From Thermoanaerobaculia bacterium (GTDB taxonomy: Bacteria; Acidobacteriota; Thermoanaerobaculia; Multivoradales; UBA5704), in the NCBI GenBank assembly GCA_035266085.1, contig DATFNZ010000229.1, forward strand, positions 9,129 through 73,128: a stretch of 64,000 nt of DNA. The letters run 5' to 3'. Each line of letters starts with the position of its first letter. Within the stretch, counting starts at the first letter, position 1. Below are positions 59,707-64,000 of the stretch, piece by piece. The position numbers and the translations under genes are program-made. The notes below the pieces were generated by a model. That model had not been told where the DNA came from. It saw only the letters and a list, made by a program, of their open reading frames with translations, and searched no databases.

Positions 59707-61710
59707 TTAAAGGGCGAGCGCTCCCGAAGCCACGACGGCGAAGCCTTGGCGTGGGCCTACGCTTACCCTGGGCGCCTCCACCCTGATGGTCCAAGTCCCG
59801 ACGACCGGATTGTTGATCAGGACCTGCTCGACGTTGTTGACGGTGTCTGGCGTGCCTCCGGAGGTCGACTGGCCTCCGGCGAACACGTTGCCCTGGTAGG
59901 TCGTGGAGATGGGAGCGATCACCTTGAGGTCGAGGTTGTTAACGGCCGAAATCGCCGAACCCGTGGTCCCTGGAGCGTCGCTCCACACTAAAGTGACCTT
60001 CAGGGGTTCGATCGAAGAGACAACCTGTACGGTAAGCGTCTGAAATTTTCCAGTTTCAAGCCCGGCCGCGTGAAGCACGTCCAAGACCTTCAGGCGTCTT
60101 GGGGCGGTGGGGAAGTACAAAGCGTCGTTCAACCTGATCAGGCCCCATCCTTCATCGTTGCTCGGGTAGCCGTCGACGCCCGTCATATCGATGGTGGCAT
60201 TGAGAAGCGTAGCTTTGAGCAGGGCCCCGCTGGCGTCAGGCCTGGCGTTCTGTGGAAGCTTGGTGCCGGTGGGGTACCAGCCCTCGGTATAGTACTGCCG
60301 GATTAGCGCCGCTGCCGCTGCCGCCGCCGGCGTTGCCCAACTGGTTGCGCAGTCGTTCCAGTCTTTGACAATACACCCTAGAGATCGGATGGCCGAGGTG
60401 ATCTGGCACCCCGGTGCGACGACATCCGGCTTTCTCCTTCCATCCGCCGTGGGGCCTGGGGTCCCATCACCCAAATTCATTTCGTCAGGGTCTCGACTCG
60501 ACGCGTTCACGGCGACCGCGTTCTTGGCCGTACCGGGAGGGCCCTGCTCTTCGCCCTCGTTGCCCATGGACCCGAGGACTAAGTGATCCTGGTTATTCCA
60601 CAAAAATGTGTCGGTATCGGCCGCGGTCTGATTATAGGTCGCCGGCTTGCCTTGGCCGGCGGTGTTGTCGTGCCAACTGTTGGTGTGAATCTTCGCGCCC
60701 TGAAGTCTGTTCGAAACGAGCGCTCTGAAGATTCCTTCATCACTACAGCCCGACACCAGTCGTGCGGCCCATGCGTTTCCACGGTTTCCGCCGAAGGTTT
60801 TAGGGGAGGGATCGCCGGCGACGATACCGGCGACGAAAGTCGCATGAAACGTGACTGTGTCCCCCCGCACCTCCAGCATCTTGCGGTGGGTCTTCCCTGG
60901 TTTGTTGTCGATGTCATCAAGGAACATACAGTGAGTCATGTCGACCTGCCCGCCGTCGATGACTCCGACGATCTGGCCCTCGCCATGGAGCCCTTCTTTC
61001 CAGATCGGCACCGTGCCGGGTGTGCCCGACTGGATGGTCCCCGGGGTGTTGCCATTGTTCTCGATCTGCTCGGCGACCTCTTCGATCCAGCGCACGCCTT
61101 CGAGCCACGCGATGTTTGGAAGTCGAGCGAGCGATACCAGAGTGAGCTCGATCCGCGCGTCTGCGCCTTCCGGACGGAAATCCTGAACCTGAACCTGAGA
61201 CGCTCCAGGAATGCCTTGAATTGCTGCTGCTACGGTTGCCGGATCGGCGTCGTCGAACAGAACCGCCCGCAAAAGAAAGCCCGCCTTGTGCTTCCGCTCA
61301 GAGGTCCGAAACTCAATCGTGCCAATCCGCGTCGAGAACTTGAAAAACGGGTGATAGGGTACAACAGCCCGAACGAGCCCAGTTTCCTGTAGATGCGCAA
61401 GGTCAGCTTTGGGGATGCGCTCGATATAAGCTGAATTCGGTATGTACTGCTCGAGTCGGAGCCCATATTTGGCCATCAGCATCTGGCGTTGCTCCGGGTT
61501 CGACGGCGCATGGAACTGGATGATCCAGCGATCCGTGGGGTTCTCTGGTCCGAGCTTCAGCCCCGAAGTCGGCAATTCCGGGAAATGCAGTGGATCGAAG
61601 ACTAAGGCTTCGAGATGGATCATCGGGTCTTGGGCGTAGCTTTCCCGTGCTCCTCCCGCAAGCAGAGCCGAGAGCAGATAAAAGACGACAGAGATGCGTC
61701 GACGGGTCAT
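59707..61710 (-). CDS. secreted S8 (subtilisin-family) serine peptidase with N-terminal propeptide and C-terminal beta-domain
   Basis: 'VGVIDGG' (Asp), 'HATFVAGIVAG' (His), 'ATSWATPAAAAAAALIRQ' (Ser). Signal peptide 'MTRRRISVVFYLLSALLAGG' preceded by SD GGAGGA. The start is at 61710 rather than the track's 61899. Confidence 0.9.
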   Translation of the reverse strand: MTRRRISVVFYLLSALLAGGARESYAQDPMIHLEALVFDPLHFPELPTSGLKLGPENPTDRWIIQFHAPSNPEQRQMLMAKYGLRLEQYIPNSAYIERIPKADLAHLQETGLVRAVVPYHPFFKFSTRIGTIEFRTSERKHKAGFLLRAVLFDDADPATVAAAIQGIPGASQVQVQDFRPEGADARIELTLVSLARLPNIAWLEGVRWIEEVAEQIENNGNTPGTIQSGTPGTVPIWKEGLHGEGQIVGVIDGGQVDMTHCMFLDDIDNKPGKTHRKMLEVRGDTVTFHATFVAGIVAGDPSPKTFGGNRGNAWAARLVSGCSDEGIFRALVSNRLQGAKIHTNSWHDNTAGQGKPATYNQTAADTDTFLWNNQDHLVLGSMGNEGEEQGPPGTAKNAVAVNASSRDPDEMNLGDGTPGPTADGRRKPDVVAPGCQITSAIRSLGCIVKDWNDCATSWATPAAAAAAALIRQYYTEGWYPTGTKLPQNARPDASGALLKATLLNATIDMTGVDGYPSNDEGWGLIRLNDALYFPTAPRRLKVLDVLHAAGLETGKFQTLTVQVVSSIEPLKVTLVWSDAPGTTGSAISAVNNLDLKVIAPISTTYQGNVFAGGQSTSGGTPDTVNNVEQVLINNPVVGTWTIRVEAPRVSVGPRQGFAVVASGALAL

Positions 61711-62232
61711 GTTTTCAGTCCTCCGGAGAGCCAATGAAATAAAAAAACTCAACATCGGCGAGACACGATAGATCCAGTAAGGAATGATAGTGGTATCGCC
61801 CGCGCTCCAGTGCAGGGCCGGCTTCTCGTGGTGCTCGACGTGGATGTCGTAACCCATAAATCGGACCATGGCTGGGCCTCCTATTCTACATGATGCCACA
61901 GCACGGCTCCGACATCGACCGCCCAGGCATTGATGCCCGAGCGGAGACGCGTTACAGTCTCTAAAGCACGGTTCTCGGCCTAAAAGGGGGTGGACGATGA
62001 GCGATCTCTCCTATACGGTAACCGCTGACGCCGCGATTGCCGATCACCCTCTCGTCCAGGGGTTACGCGGCGCCACGCCGAGTTGAGAGCCCGGGATGGC
62101 CGCGCATCTGATCGGCGGTGAAGCGATTGGTGGTGACGCGCCCCCCAGGTGCTCCCTCCGTAAGAGGCTACCCGAAACTCTGAGGCGTCTCTCAAGGCTT
62201 TCGGCCGCCTCGGGCGGGCTTATACTCACGCC

Positions 62233-62490
62233 ATGCGATCCGTGGCCGACTACCTGCGAGACGAGCTTCAGGAAGAGGTGCTCCGCCTTCCTTTCGAGGA
62301 GCGCATGGCGCTGGCCTTGCGCCTTGGGGAGCGGGGACTGGAGATGTTCCGTCAGGCAAACGGCCTCGACCGGAGGACCGCGATCCGAGAGCTCCAACGC
62401 CAGCGCCAAGCCAGCCGCACGCCTTCTAACTATATGACTGAGTTGATCGAGTCTGCTCGCCGAGCTCAGGTCGACTGGCCGCTGACCTAG
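62233..62490 (+). CDS. hypothetical small helical protein (possibly a truncated remnant)
   Basis: 85 aa with normal composition. It ends immediately before the 144-bp repeat array. No family was recognised. Confidence 0.35.
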   Translation: MRSVADYLRDELQEEVLRLPFEERMALALRLGERGLEMFRQANGLDRRTAIRELQRQRQASRTPSNYMTELIESARRAQVDWPLT

Positions 62491-62548
62491 TCCTATTCAA
62501 GCTATATGCCGGAGGTGGTTCAGGATGCCGGGGATGTGCAGCAACTTC

Positions 62549-63150
62549 GGCAATCTACGACGGCTTGCCGCGATGTATGGTGACTCGTCGGCAATCTACA
62601 ACGGCTTGTAGCGATGTACGCCGGCTCGTCGGCAAGTTACGACGGTCCATCGTCTGTTTACAGCGGTCTGCCTAAGTTGGCGACGATCCGTCGTACTTGG
62701 ACGATGCTGCGTCGTAACTAACGCCGGCTCGTCGGCAATCTACAACGGCTGGCCGCGATGTACGCCGGCTCGTCGGCAAGTTACGCCGACCCATCGTCTG
62801 TTCACGGCGGTCTGCCTAAGTTGGCGACGATCCGTTGTACTTGGACAATGCTCCGTCGTAACTAACGCCGGCTCGTCGGCAATCTACATCGGCTGGCCGC
62901 GATGTACGGTAGCTCGTCGGAAAATTACGCCGGCCCATCGTCTATTCACGGCGGTCTGCCTAAGTTGGCGACGATCCGTCGTACTTGGACGATGCTCCGT
63001 CGTAACAGATGCCGACTCGTCGGCAATCTACGACGGCTTGTCGCGATGTACGGTGGCTCGTCGGCAAATTACGCCGGCCCGTCGTCTGTTTACGGCGACC
63101 TGCCTAAGCTGGCGATGATCCGTCGTACTTGGACGATACTCCGTCGTAAT
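62549..63150. repeat. 144-bp tandem repeat array: 41-nt partial unit plus 4 units (last one truncated), about 90 percent similar by eye, with an internal ~41-nt sub-repeat (GGCAAnnTACnnCGG...)
   Basis: The anchor GGCAATCTAC occurs at 62549, 62590, 62734, 62878 and 63022. The last three intervals are exactly 144 nt. Confidence 0.9.
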
Positions 63151-63158
63151 TGTCCAAC

Positions 63159-63182
63159 GGTGGCCCCCTCGCGAGGGCCACC
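63159..63182. terminator. GC hairpin GGTGGCCC-8 nt-GGGCCACC downstream of the minus-strand gene ending at 63197
   Basis: 8-bp perfect stem. It lies 15 nt beyond the stop of 63197..64000 (-) and directly after the repeat array. Confidence 0.5.
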
Positions 63183-63196
63183 GCCTATATCAACCT

Positions 63197-64000
63197 TCAA
63201 GGCATCACGAACTCCGTCCCATCCCCAATCGCCCCGCTGCCACTGAGTTTCCTGTTGTCGTTTCCCGGGGTGGCGTAGGGCAGGTCGATGGACCACACGT
63301 TGAAGTGCGTGCCGGAGGGGATTCCGCCGCTTGGGTAGTGATCGAAGTAGTGAGCGGTGCCGCCGAGGCAGGCGCTGTTGATGGCGGCGACGGAGCCGAT
63401 GTTCGCGTTGCCACTGCCGAAAACCTGCCAGGTCGTGCTGTAGACGTCCACACGGTTGCTCTGGGTCGGATAGTCCGGGTCGCAGGCCCAGCCCCAGATG
63501 TGCTGCGTGTTGTAGCCGTCGACCCAGCCCTTGGCCGGGTACTGCTGCACGACGCCGGGAGCCGTGACCTGGATCACGCCCGTGTTGGTGCCGGCGGCGT
63601 AGCCGTAGGTGGTCATGTTTGCCGGCGTATTGCCGTCCTTCACCCAGATGTAGGTCTCCCAACTGGCGACGTCAGAGGAGTTGGGGACCCAGGTGAAGGT
63701 GTTGCCGGTCTGCCAGTTCGGGTTGTTCACGTCGGGGATCCAGTTCGAGGTGCCGCCGCGCCGGCGGAAGAACGCGAATTTTCTGGTCGCCGGGTTGCCG
63801 CCGCTGGCGGTGGCCGTATAGGTGAAGGTCGTCCCATAGGTCCCCGACGACGGGCTCACGGTGCCTGTGACGGTCAGTGGGGCCACGACCTGGACCCCGC
63901 CCGGGTTGTAGCTGGCGGCATAGCCGTAGACGTTCATGTTGCCCGGTGTGTTGCCGTCCTTCGCCCAGACATAGATATCCCAATTACCGAGCTCGCCTGA
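63197..64000 (-). CDS. repeat-containing secreted/surface protein with Y_Y_Y (triple-tyrosine, Ig-like) type repeats and a distinct C-terminal domain (5' end outside window)
   Basis: The frame is open to nt 64000 (...GELGNWDIYVWAKDGNTPGNMNVYGYAASYNPGGVQVV...). The repeated pattern 'F.F..R.GG..W........W...N.F.W.P......W..YIWVKDGNTP.NM..YGYAA' occurs at least twice. Confidence 0.65.
   Translation of the reverse strand, partial: SGELGNWDIYVWAKDGNTPGNMNVYGYAASYNPGGVQVVAPLTVTGTVSPSSGTYGTTFTYTATASGGNPATRKFAFFRRRGGTSNWIPDVNNPNWQTGNTFTWVPNSSDVASWETYIWVKDGNTPANMTTYGYAAGTNTGVIQVTAPGVVQQYPAKGWVDGYNTQHIWGWACDPDYPTQSNRVDVYSTTWQVFGSGNANIGSVAAINSACLGGTAHYFDHYPSGGIPSGTHFNVWSIDLPYATPGNDNRKLSGSGAIGDGTEFVMP

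Noticed and set aside
61711-61899. A 63-codon N-terminal extension of the S8 peptidase ORF. It includes 'GYDIHVEHHEKPALHW', which faintly resembles the last His box of a desaturase or ketolase.
   Set aside because: A typical signal peptide (MTRRRISVVFYLLSALLAGG) preceded by GGAGGA starts at 61710, so the extension is most likely non-coding. The His-box resemblance is too short to call a gene remnant.
62549-63150. The 144-bp repeat array as a CRISPR array or as a DGR template/variable repeat pair.
   Set aside because: Whole 144-nt units are repeated head to tail with no unique spacers, and there are no cas genes in the window. Differences between units are not confined to adenine positions, and no reverse transcriptase is nearby.
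62615-63246. Tandem 35-codon mini-ORFs (MYAGSSASY...LPKLATIRRTWTMLRRN) and the fused 114-aa ORF 62902..63246 as a multi-copy peptide or RiPP precursor family.
   Set aside because: There is no Shine-Dalgarno before any copy. By hand count there are about 6 silent versus about 14 replacement differences between copies, close to neutral expectation. The stop codon is simply lost in copy 3. I kept it as a caveat inside the repeat finding rather than as a feature.

Overview
High-G+C bacterial chromosomal window. The protein content looks Acidobacteriota-like, but that is inference only. I support about 60 protein-coding genes. By eye I found no rRNA, tRNA, CRISPR array, transposase or integrase. 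The backbone is housekeeping (aroC, aroB, aspS, ftsY, ribD/ribE, hpt, ridA, ltaE, gluconokinase) plus envelope, lipid and secreted-protease genes. Several visibly lower-G+C accessory islets are wedged into it. (1) 40.4-43.6 kb: two Shine-Dalgarno-preceded small ORFs encode double-glycine-leader peptides with Cys/Thr-rich cores. They are divergently paired with a 909-aa rifampin-phosphotransferase/PpsA-like enzyme (ATP-grasp plus swivel-His, no TIM barrel). This is my best candidate for an undescribed RiPP-type system. (2) A full-length LanB-type dehydratase with no LanC or adjacent precursor is translationally coupled to an RNB ribonuclease. The pair is bracketed by a ~24-nt direct repeat that duplicates the aroC translation-start region. 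(3) A diverged tandem duplication of a two-gene module (DUF5678-like protein plus retropepsin-like protein with DTAA in place of DTGA), with one copy frameshifted. (4) A yefM-yoeB cassette sits exactly in the ribD/ribE overlap, flanked by a perfect 22-bp duplication of the ribE start. There is also a vapBC pair, an orphan hicB and a possible orphan RHH antitoxin. (5) 53-62 kb: a lower-G+C block with a membrane-anchored TPR-CHAT protease, a translationally coupled Cys-rich exported protein, a convergent S8 subtilase and a poly-gamma-glutamate-hydrolase-like secreted protein. (6) Two unexplained tandem-repeat arrays: 21 bp x ~7.5 at 39.26 kb and 144 bp x 4 plus a partial unit at 62.5-63.15 kb. 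Many long ORFs in the six-frame track are Arg/Pro/Gly/Ala-rich shadow frames of real genes and were discarded. All functional calls come from motif recognition by eye. No database search was run.
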